From contig CM120640.1 in NCBI GenBank assembly GCA_051362555.1, forward strand, positions 53,050,788-53,114,787: a stretch of 64,000 nt of DNA, read 5' to 3'. The stretch is from Lingula anatina. Its lineage: Eukaryota > Animalia > Brachiopoda. Position 1 is the stretch's first letter; each line of letters begins with the position of its first letter. Shown here piece after piece: positions 49,635 to 61,268 of the stretch. Under the pieces are notes generated by a model. It worked only from the letters and a program-made list of their open reading frames with translations, made no database searches and was not told where the DNA came from. Both the position numbers and the translations under genes were made by a program.

Positions 49635-52224
49635 TAGTACACCCTTACAAGACTTATCCCGTCTTCCGGGTCCCCGAATACATTCGTTTTCAACATTTGA
49701 TTATGCAACTCAATCTGTTTTCATCTGGCGACGAGGCTATGAAATGTTATATTCAATATTAAATTGATTCTTCTGTAGAAAATACGAAGCTGATATTCGT
49801 TTTACCTGGTTTAGTGATTTCCATTCTCAGTTCCCCTTGCCGCCTCAATAAAACATTTTTTCACTGTGCGTCTGACGCCGAGCCTAGTCCATGAACTTTA
49901 TTGGGTTCTTGAAAATCACCTGCTATTTATACTAGCTCGCATTTGATTTGGTGTTTCATAAAATTTGCATATTCATATCACGAGCTGTCCACATGTTGAA
50001 TTGTTTTCTCGGGTCACTATATTCCGCCACCAATTAGAACACGCTTGAATTAATCAGGAAACATCCCCCTCCTCCTCCACTTACGTTTTAAATATGTATA
50101 TCCGCCTCGGCGGTACAGCGGGGAGCTTTTTTGGTCGTGATAACGCCGATCTTATTCATTTAAACGAGCGAAACGAACTTGTTAAGAGGCACAGATTATA
50201 AAGACATTTATAAAAGATTCGACGGTGACGATTAATTCCTGTCTCGGAATACAAGTAAGCAAATTTACACGTATGTTATCAATGTATATCTTAATCATAT
50301 ATTACAGCGTTGATCTGTTTTTTCTTATTCAGAAAGGAGGTACATTAATTTTTCACAAGAAAATGAACATACTAAAATAGTAGGCCTAAATCTAAAGATT
50401 GTAAAATTAGGCCTATGTACAAATGAACCTTAACACCACGAGTTTGCTTTTGACATCGTACCAGTTATTTTAATATTTAAAGTATCAAAAAAGTATCTCT
50501 CATGGGTTAATACTTTATTCATGATTATGGTTGTTGCCGATCTATATAAAAAGCCAAACAGCCGTAACAAGCATTGATGTCTTTATCTACATCACTTCTT
50601 CTCTTTCTTTGTTTTTTCCACATTAACACAGCCACTAAAAAAAGAACCTACCGACCTTAACAACCACATATTTTAAAACTTGAGAAGCGTTAAGTATTCT
50701 TTACAGTAAGGTGTGGTTTTGGCATGACACTGAAACTGACACCACATATGTACTTGTACAGCAATTTACGTTCATCAAGTTACCTTAACGGCATTCCCTG
50801 TGCTGTTCTCGAGTGTGGAGACAAATTATGCAAGCATGCCTGACTAGACCCGAGTGATTGTGTGTGTGTGTTGGGGGGGGGGGGGGAGGTTAGATCCGTT
50901 CGATTCACCTCTGTTGACGTGTTAATGCTTACTTGTTTTACATGGGACCGCGAGATGGCATCGGATAACGTCAGAGTTAGGTTAAATTAGTGTCAGTCTT
51001 AAATAGCTAGCGCTGTCGCTTAAGTATGGGCATGCTGCAGGTGCACTCAGGCAAATTCACGATTTAAATGTTCACCAGATTTTGTGCATGCAATCCAAGT
51101 GCGTCTGTTTACCCATTTAGTTTTTGTGTACCTAAGGTGACCTATTATCGCCATTTGATGATCCTTAAATTACAATCCTTGTATCACAAAAGATGGGCAC
51201 TTTGCCATTTCACCCGTGGAAATAGTTGGTTTCCTTGGGCTCGGTTCAGACGTACCTAGAGGTCATGTAATGAAACGTGTTCCTGAAGAGAGGTCTGTGT
51301 AGGTCTTTTCTTTTTTATGACAGCGGTGTTCAGTTATTTACCTAACATATAAAATATACAGTCATGGTTATTACTCTAACAAGTGAGTGTTTTCTTAAAA
51401 TCAATCATCAAATTTTCGATGACCATTCAAATATCAAGTCTGTCTCAAATGGGCAATTCTGCAACAAAATGTGTTTCGCTTTAACGAGAACACACAGGTA
51501 GCTTGTTTACACTTGTCAATCGTGAGTTAAGTTTCCTGATCACAGGTTCGGATAAAAATAGACAGGAAATCATTAAATAAAATATTGCCACTTCCCGTTT
51601 TTGCTAATGAAATGTACATCACACCTTTTAATATAACTTATGTGACGTGTTGTGGTTTTTCTATGTAATGCTGTAAGAATACTATTAATAGCTGCGCCTG
51701 TGAATCAATTTAATCCGAAACTAAATACGAAACTTTTACCTGAAAAACGCTGCTATAAGTCAACAACGAGGCCGTACAACACTCTTGTTAAGAATATCAA
51801 ATCTATGAAAAAACTGTAGCCACGTCTTGGTTACCAGGTGAAAGCTCGAGGTGAAAATAGTTTTGTCTTATTTTGAACGTCTAGGCACATATTAAACGTA
51901 AGAAACACACTGTTTATTTATGCCGTCGCTTCCTACTTGACTATTTGGCGGGATTGTTTTATTACGGTGACGTATTAATGTTGCGATAAGAAGGAACAGT
52001 TCTTGGATGAGAGTTCTTGTTCATTTTATGAAGAGACAGATTGCAAATTTTCCGGAGCATTTCTTGTTCAAATAAGTGATTACACTAGCTAGTCAAAAAC
52101 CGATACCATAATCAATTACTTTTCGCCCCACCACCAAAGACCGTACAACCAACGAGGCCGTACAACACTCTTGTTAAGAATATCAAATCTATGAAAAAAC
52201 TGTAGCCACGTCTTGGTTACCAGG

Positions 52225-52460
52225 TCTTGGCTACCAGGTTGCTCTCTGTCAGGGGCTTTGGATGATTCCCAGCTTTCTCCCAGTTGTTTTAGCTCTGCCT
52301 CGACAGTCCTTTTCCACGTGGTCTTAGATCTGCCTCTTTTCCTGCGTCCCTTTCTCAGTACATGGCCAATCCAATTCCATCTCCTTGCACCGATTACTTT
52401 ATTCATGCTTCTTTGGTTAGTTTGTTTTAGCAGATCTTGAATTGATTTAGTCCTTGGCAG
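52225..52460 (-). mobile_element. RTE-clade LINE 3' fragment
   Basis: RRWNWIGHVLRK..GRRKRGRSKTTWKRTVEAELKQLGESW is typical of the RTE ORF C-terminus. Confidence 0.75.
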
Positions 52461-52872
52461 GTATATGTAGACTTAAATGAGTTCAAGGTCTTTGTATACA
52501 TCAATAAAATACCGAAAATTAAAAATAAACTCGATGGTTCTGATACTGTCACAAAAATTGAATAAATAAATGTTGAAATAAATGAAATGATTATAAAGAG
52601 ACAGTAATAGAAGAAAGCTTAAGAGTGTCGAGTTTTAATCATTAATGACAGAACATGAAAATGAATGAACAAATCCTGGACTGACATAAATCATAGAGAT
52701 ACAAGTTTATTGTAAAAGAACGTTACGTTTACCCGACATAAAGTCAATGGTATAATGTATGTACCTAACTACCTGCAATCTTTTTATTGTACATAATAAG
52801 GTTAATAGCCAATAATATCCATTGCACTATACATGTATTATCCCCTTACAGAGACACTAACAGTGAATCGGT

Positions 52873-55800
52873 ATGCAGAGGGTCTTGTTGCGAACTTTGG
52901 GCTCGATTTTACTTGGGTTTGGCTGTGTGTGGTTGCTGCTGATGGGCTACCTGGCTATGACGCCGCAAAGGAGAGATCCTTACCTTGAAATATTGCCCCG
53001 GGTAGAGGAGGATTTTTTTGAAGGGTGCGTCTTGTCTCCACGTCGTGGTTTCTTGTGAAAAGTAAAGCTATTCGTCGTGACAGACACAAGATTGTAGTCA
53101 TGACACGTGTGGCTTGTAAAGTGATTAATGAAATCGGTGCGGGAATAAAGATAAAACAACAATTTAAGTATATTTTAAAGTATGTTTTAGGTATTTTTTT
53201 CTAAATATTACTATGGATCTGGTTATTCAAAAAGCAACAACATAGTATTCTATTCTCAGTTATGATGTGTTTTATTAATTTACAGCGAGTGCATAATGAC
53301 TAGTTTTTACTCTACAGCAACGTTAACGGAGCGGTGAATATTTTGCATTCCGACGGCAGTCCAAGTGTCCAATACACCCAAATGGTACGGGTGATGAGCA
53401 GCAGCGTGGACACTTTACACGAATACCTGACCGCAAAACTTAACCTCATAAATCGATTAATAGAAAAGGATGAAGATAAGACCTCAATCCAAGGGCACCT
53501 TTATGACGTATTACGGGAGGGAAGAGAACAGTTAAGGTATTTCGGACACTCTTCACGCTGTATAATGCAAAATTGCACCAACAACAATGATACATGTACT
53601 TACGTTTTTTTTTATTCATTCATTTGGAATCTAAATTCCATCAAAATGTTCAGTAGACTTTATACAGATAATACTTAAAAGTGCATGTAAATCATTAAGA
53701 TATACAATATTTAGAATATCCTGGATTTTTAAAAAAGCATTTTTTTATATACATGTATGTAATCAATTACGAAAAATGTCCTCAAATATAAAATGTATCA
53801 ACTAAAAATGATTTAACTCGATCTTAAAGCGACCAGCCGACTTAGTTGAGCGAATTTTAATTGGTAACTTTTTCAATTCTATGGGACCTTTAGCACTAAC
53901 GCCCATATTAACCACAAAATCCACGAATTAACCAACATATCATAAAAGTATTTACCACTACCAGAGCGATTCCTAACACTTACATTCATCCGCTCTGGTA
54001 GTGGTAAATACTTTTACGGTGTGCTGGTTAATTCGTGGGTTATGTGGTTAATATATGGGTGTTAGTGCACCTGTGCTAAAAGATCTGCGGGTAGTGTTAG
54101 TAAACGCCTAATCCGTTTATAAAGCCTGGAGTTGTCCCCTTGGGTTATAGGACGCAAGTACCACAGTTCTCAATTAAAAGTTCAACTGCTGATTGCAAGT
54201 ATTGGTTGAAAGATTGCAAAAAACTTATCGCTTCGGTAATTTAGTCCCACATCAATCATCTTATAATAATCATCATAAACTAGACTAAGAATTTGAAGAA
54301 AAGGGTAATGAATAATGGCTGGGATATACATGTAACTACAAGCTCAGACTTTTTATCTTTCATTTTAAATGTTTTTCTTATCAGCCACCTTTTGCAGAAT
54401 AACAATACACTTACAAAGTTTTTTTACTAGATTCCCCAGGGTTCTCTATATTGCATCAGATGTATTTCTGTGTATCGTCCTCAAAGCTATAATAGCCAAT
54501 TCCGTGGTATCGTAAATGAATTGGTAAGATGCTAGCGGTCGAAAAACGCTACCTTGCGGTTGACCAAAAGCTAGTTATAATATGTTTGAGTGTATTCATC
54601 GACATAAACCTGTCTGGATCGTCCTGTAAAATAAAAGCACAAGCGACGGATCGCAGAGTCCTTGATTCCGACATAGTCATCGAAAAAAGATAGACATGAT
54701 TCGAGATCATCCGTGTTGAAGGCCGCTGATAGGTCTAATAATAACAGAATGGTAAAAATCTGGTCATTAAGCCTGAAAGTTATCCTCTTTTGAAGTGTAT
54801 ACATGTATATACATGGCGATTTTCTTGCATCTTGTTTTAATCAGCCCCTTTCACGGAAATATTCAGACTTGACATTTAATATGGAATATTTTTTTCCAAA
54901 TCACTTTTCATCAAATTTTTCCTATTTAACTGACTGATAAATGAAAATAGGGATTAAAATCGTGTTTTAATAACTTTAAATAATCTCTTCGATGTCATTG
55001 TGACATCAGTTCATTAATTGAATTCGCCCGTGAAGCAAACAAAAATACATTGCCTATTTTATGTCATACAATAACCATTAAAATCGGTATTTTGGATCTC
55101 CATATTTTACAAATTATCGTCTGTAAAAGAGTTACACGCCCCACAAAGGACCCTCATGTCAGTGTCTAATCACAGCAACGGTCGCTGTTACGTCTGACTT
55201 GGTCTAGCTGCTTCCAGGTCTCTCAAGCGGCAAGGCATTTCTTGGGATAGTTTTTTAGAGTTCAATCTGGAATAACATTCCAGGCATTGGTCAAAACCTG
55301 TCCAATTTGGTTCAGTTTTGTCGCACGACATGTAGGCCGTTGGTTCGGCTAGTAATGGCCTACCCACATATTGTCTATGTGGTTCAAATTTGGCAATATT
55401 GATGACCAAGGTTGCTGCTCATTCTGCTGGTTCTGTAAATTATCTGCTAATAAAAGTGCTATGTGTGAACTGGCACTTTCACCGTGCTACCTAAAATTGT
55501 TCCTAAGGCGCCTCCTATCAAATGATAGTCAAGTGGTTCCCAGATTATTCCTTTATTTGATCTGGTTCAGGTTTTCATAGATGACTACTATTGGTGTTTT
55601 GGCACCAATGTTGTATCCAGTCCAAATACTGACGCTGTCAATGGCCCTAGTCACTTTATAGACTCGACACACTCTTCATCATAGGCCTCTTCTGGATGTC
55701 TGTAAACTCTGTTTTGACTAGTTGAGCGGTACAGGTGAAATCTGACCTCAGTAAAGAAAGCCACGCGATTTCAGTGTTCTACCCAGAAACGGTCATGGTC

Positions 55801-57272
55801 CCCAGTTCATTAAAGAAACAGACGACGCTGTTTTGCCGTTTACAGTGGGTTCCCCGGAGGTCGTCTGGTATTCTAACCTGCTAAAACAAGTTTATTGTTC
55901 GATAAGGGCCTTGAAAAACGCGTTTTGACAGCAATTTACCCCTCATTCTGAACGGACTGGGTGTTTTTTGTTTAGTTGCAGCACCATATCCCGAAAGGCA
56001 GTGAGTCCTGTACCCTGGTGGGAAGATTTTGATACATTGGGTGTGGCCTCTGTGTAGGTACATCAGTCTGGGCATTACTCTATAAAACTGTGCGGACCGT
56101 TCTGTTTGGCGCAATAATCTGTCTGGCAATGTCTGTCTTTTTAGCACCATTCTACCACAGATAAAAATTTTTATAAATCACCACTTAGTTCTTTTTACGC
56201 ACTGCAAAACCGACCGCTTGCATGCAAAATTTCAAAAAATTTTTATGCAATAGTTGCCGACATATAGATACTTTTTTGACAGAACCATGCTTTGGCACAC
56301 CCAAGCATGAACGAGTCCAAAGGAGCACTACCCAATTAAATCATTGTATAATACACAATACAGCAGTGCAATAGACATGGTAGTCAGTTCATTAGTAGCG
56401 ACACACCTGACTACACACTTCTCCATTCACATATCTTATATGAGATCGGATTTTTTTTAAATAAAGAATGCATTTTTACCAAGGCATACCTACGAAACTA
56501 AAATATTCCACATTAAATGTCAAGTCTGTATGTTTAGTCTTTTGGTCAGGTTAAAATGATTGACATGAATTGGTTTAATAATTGTCAACTAGTATCACGT
56601 AATAAACTGATGATTCTTATTTCCAGTCACATGGTGACGGGAATGAAAAAACTGCAGGAAAGTGATGGGTTTCACACTTGGCGGCAAAAAACATCTCGTG
56701 ATCTTGGTGCTTTAGTTCAAAGACGACTGCAGTTTTTACAGGTGCGCTTTTTTCTTTTTTAGAAAAAGAACTTAATTGTTTCAATACATATTTACTGAGG
56801 AATAAGTTTGTTGTTGCCTCTTGTATAATGATGATAAAAAGTAAATAGTTTCTTGACAATTTCTCTCGATAAAATTGGAGATGAAGGGCAATTTCCGAAA
56901 CAAACAGTTTTGTCAAACAAATTATATGATATAAAAGTGCCCTCATAGTGATGGGAGATTCATTTCTAGGAGTAATGAGTCTGGAAATAAAAAAATAAAA
57001 AAATCAAAAAAGAAAAAAAATCGTATTTTCCAGAATCCAGAAGACTGCGCAAAAGCCAAAAAGATAGTTTGCACCCTGGATAAGGAGTGTGGGTTTGGCT
57101 GTCAGATGCACCATTTGGTTTACTGCTTGGCCACGGCTTACGAGACGGAGAGGACATTAATTCTGAACAGCAAGGGGTGGAGATACGCCAGTGACGGCTG
57201 GGAGACAGTGTTCAGGCCGCTCAGCAATACCTGCACGGATGATTCTGGCTCAAGCAGGGCGAAGTGGGGAGG

Positions 57273-57338
<66 letters not shown>

Positions 57339-57999
57339 CTTACGTACTTGCTTATTTTATTCCATACTTACTAAAAGCTTGAAATCCTACAGAAGTATGT
57401 ATATGCATTTAAAAGTAGCACATACTACAGTACTAGAATTATGGTCGGTGTTTACAAAAAGCCGCTTTAGTCATGCAGAAATGCACGGTTATGCAATAAA
57501 TTTATAGGGTGAAACAGTCAGAGATAACTGGGTTTGTTATTTATCACACACACAGAAAATGGATATCACGGTGAAAATCTATTTGATATATAATTTACTC
57601 TTTTTTGTTTTAGGTACCAACCACATAAATGACACACAGGTCATTGACCTACCGATCCTTGACATCGTGAAACCGTTACCGCGGTCGTTACCCCTCGCCG
57701 TACCGGAAGACATTTTACGTGATTTACGTCTTGTGCATGGTAACCCAGCAGTATGGTGGGTGGGACAGTTGGCTCGATATCTTTTTCGTTTGCAGCCTAA
57801 AACCAGAAACTACATATCAGGTGCTGCTCGGAAACTGAATTTCCATGGTATTGTTGTAGGGTAAGTGTATAAAAAAGCACACGGGATGTCTGGATGCCTG
57901 GACAAATCTATCGCTAGAGAATATTATGTTGTGAAAAATGAAACATCTAAACATCCAGCAAATGTCATTTCAGAATCCAATTTTTGGGCGATGAAAACC

Positions 58000-58035
<36 letters not shown>

Positions 58036-59221
58036 TCATGGAGCATGAAAATGTTTGCCCCCCCCCCCCTCACCCACATTGCCCCAGTTAGAGTCAGTCG
58101 AAGATAACGAACACCTTTTCTTGTAGTGTCCATATCAGAAGGACCGACAAAATAACTACCAAGGAGGCCACTCGACATGAATTAGACGAATACATGTCGT
58201 TTGTAGAAGACTATCAGCAGATGACTCAATTTTCAAGGCCAGCCCATCTACCTCGTGTTTACCTCGCAACAGACGACCCTGATGTGGTAGCAGAAGCCAG
58301 AAGAAAGTGAGCGCGTTATTTCTATAATGGCAATATCTTATTATATTAGAGCAGTTATGATCGAAATAAATAAACGAATTCTTTGATTGATTGATTGATT
58401 AAAATGTTCATAATATCACATACGTTTTTCTACGAGTAAAGGGGAAAGATCAAACCTTCAACAACACCTAGAAGATATAACTGAGAAGAAATAGTTTGCC
58501 AGACATAAACACCTATTGCACAGTAAATGAAAGACGAAAACAGAGCTAGCACTGATGTGCATTCACTGTTTTTCATTCACAGATATCCTCAGTACAGATT
58601 CTTAAATGATCTCTCTACATCAAAGTCTGCAAGCGAAGAAACGCGATACAGTGAGGCGTCGCTACTCGGTATTATAATGGACACATATTTCTTGTCGCGA
58701 ACCAACTTTCTGGTTTGCACCTTCTCATCTCAGGTGAATAAATTTCTTTCTGAGTGATTGATACCAGAAATCTTGAAATGCCCAGCTCATTTGATTGCTA
58801 ACACTTATATTGTCGACCGAAGTTTCAGAGTAAAATCTCTCGCCATTTGTTAATTTGGTGTTTTGTCTACCAAAATAAACAACATGGTTCTTATTGAAAC
58901 TAATTTAATCTTATTTAAAGATCTAATAGGATAAATATTGCATATTAAATTATAAAAGCGTTTTTTATCGGTGTTAAGTTTTTATATGATTTCTTTCAAC
59001 GTAAGGTTTTGAAAACAATTTAGGTTTGCAGGCTTGCATACGAATTAATGCAGACACATCACACTGATGCCTCCGCCCAGTATCGGTCGCTGGACGACAC
59101 ATGGTATTTTGGAGGCGGAAGTCACCAACTAAGGGAAATTCTTCTGGCCCATATTCCTCTGAAAGACGGGAATGGTAAATAGAAGTTAGCTTTCAATCTC
59201 TTTCTTTCATTCTCTCTCTGA

Positions 59222-59253
<32 letters not shown>

Positions 59254-59627
59254 AACAAAAAGAAGCACAATACAATGTTACTGACAGAAAATACAAATCT
59301 ACATACAGTTAGATAAAACAATAATATACTTTTCACATATCTTTTTTCTCGCTGAGGTTGTTAGATAAAATATTTTAATGATTTCTTTTCTGTCTTTCAG
59401 GTGAATTAAAGCTTGAGCCAGGCGACTTAGTGTATTCTGCAATAGACAATCACAATGGTTATTCAAATGCTAAATCTCTAAAGACCGGCGAAATTGGACT
59501 ATTCCCTAGCTACAAAGGAATATGGGCTTCTAAATCAGTAAAACTACCGACATATCCAAATGCAACCTTTGTAGATCACGCAAAATTTTCGACTTCAAAT
59601 GCCTCAAATGTAAAATCAGAAAAATAG
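52873..59627 (+). CDS. FUT8: Alpha-(1,6)-fucosyltransferase-like (GT23); join(52873..53024,53318..53536,56627..56741,57034..57271,57614..57860,58127..58306,58583..58733,59024..59174,59401..59627)
   Basis: N-terminal TM anchor. [75 protein letters not shown] and an SH3-like end GLFPSYK. Probably a divergent paralog. Confidence 0.9.
53892..54068. mobile_element. Palindromic MITE-like hairpin
   Basis: AAAAGTATTTACCACTACCAGAGCG and CGCTCTGGTAGTGGTAAATACTTTT arms extend ~75 bp on each side. Confidence 0.7.
54580..54790 (-). mobile_element. L2/CR1-type reverse transcriptase relic
   Basis: [15 protein letters not shown]...[24 protein letters not shown] resembles the [13 protein letters not shown]...YLSDRTQ.V motif. 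Confidence 0.72.
55130..55900 (-). pseudogene. Degenerate Tc1-family transposase
   Basis: Minus strand gives [49 protein letters not shown] and [10 protein letters not shown] (cf. SPDLNPIENLW), with stops and frameshifts. Confidence 0.7.
57275..57335. repeat. Compound (CT)n(AT)n microsatellite directly after a FUT8 splice donor
   Basis: Seen directly in the sequence. Confidence 0.95.
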
Positions 59628-60747
59628 AAATTAGTGTATAGTAATTATGGTAAAGCAGGCTTTACTGTTTACGTTTATTTTATGTGATACTTTTTTATCA
59701 CTTGCAGAGGACAATAAACTGTTTTGTTTATCACGTCGTGCAAAATATTACAAATTTGCCCCTTTAAAAGGCTAATTTGGTCACCTTGACAGGTGTTTAC
59801 AAAGCCTCTGTTACCGGGCACGAATAAACAAGAGCACGGTCCGTCGTGAACTTAAGTCCAGTGACATGAAATGGGATTTAAAAAACGAGTGTATATTTAC
59901 AGATTTCTACCCTTCGTCGACAACTCTGCTGTTAATTAAATGCGTCACGACAACATGCTTCATGGACATAAAAGTAGTAAGATAATATATTTAAAATGAT
60001 TCATTATTAAAATGTACGACAAACTCATCGTAAGTAAATCATTGGTAAAGAGCAGGTAATATACCACCAGGATGAATAATGCCGTTCATTTCAATGACAA
60101 GATGATTGGAAAAATGTAATCGAATCGGGCCGACAGCAATGTAAAGCTCGATCAATGCTTATTGTGATGTAAAAAACATCAATTACTAACTCAAGTGGTC
60201 CTTTTCAGATTGTTTCTGCAAACAAATACTTCCCCGCTCGGGACTTAAAGGGGCGTTGAAAAGATCTCCCTTCTAAAGTTTAGCGTGCACACGAGCCGTG
60301 CAGGGATCGTGAAGATAACGTGTTGATTCACCCTGTTCCACCTTGAATGCCCGATAACTGCTTATGTCCAAGATAAATATCACAGGCCATATGACAATCG
60401 AGTCCAGTACAAAAAGGTTAAACTCTTCTCTTCAGTCTGCCCCTGTGCATGTTGTGTGTCCGAATCACATGTCTCGTATATGTAGTTTCCGCTCGAGTTG
60501 ATTAACAGTGATAAAAAGGATGACACGTCAAAAAGGAAACATACAATTACAAAAATAAAGTCAATGGATTGAACCATTTATAGGTTTGAAAAATTAGAAC
60601 AACATCTTTCAGAGAAGGTAACACAAACTAAAATTGTAATTGGAAAACAAACTAAAATCGTAATTGGAAAACAGAGGTAAGTAAGAAAATGAAAAAAATC
60701 TTATACAATGCATTGTAGAAGTAAGAAAGTTACCACATATGTGACGA

Positions 60748-60786
<39 letters not shown>

Positions 60787-61114
60787 TATTTGCATATGTA
60801 CAGTATGAATTTTTGGTAGTTTTATAGTTATTTGGCTAAAATAGATTTCCTAATGATATTTTTAAGAGACAGAATAGATATAAGTGATAAGGGCGGGTGT
60901 ACCCCTGCCGAGCCTAGAAAAAAGACACTCATTTTCTGCCACCAAATGACCCCACAGCAGCCTCAACACTTCACTTGTCAAGTCTTGTTTAAGTATATAC
61001 CTCCCACCTATAACAAATGTATTAAATCAAGTTTAGAGTGATAAACTTGCCCTGTATAAGACTTTCATTGGATAATGCGTAGCTGGTAAAATGTCCCTTT
61101 CAGTTGAAATAACT

Positions 61115-61268
61115 GGATATTCATTGTTAAGCACACTCGAACTTTAGCGGTGTTTTACGGTTGCAATCATAATTTATTGTGTCTTTTTGAAGTTGAAATA
61201 ACAATAAATTATGATTGCAACCGTAAAACACCGGTTTAGTAGCAGTGTGCTTGACATTTAATATTCAT
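61115..61268. mobile_element. Palindromic MITE-like hairpin
   Basis: CGGTGTTTTACGGTTGCAATCATAATTTATTGT is inverted exactly at 61201-61233, with looser outer arms. Confidence 0.7.
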
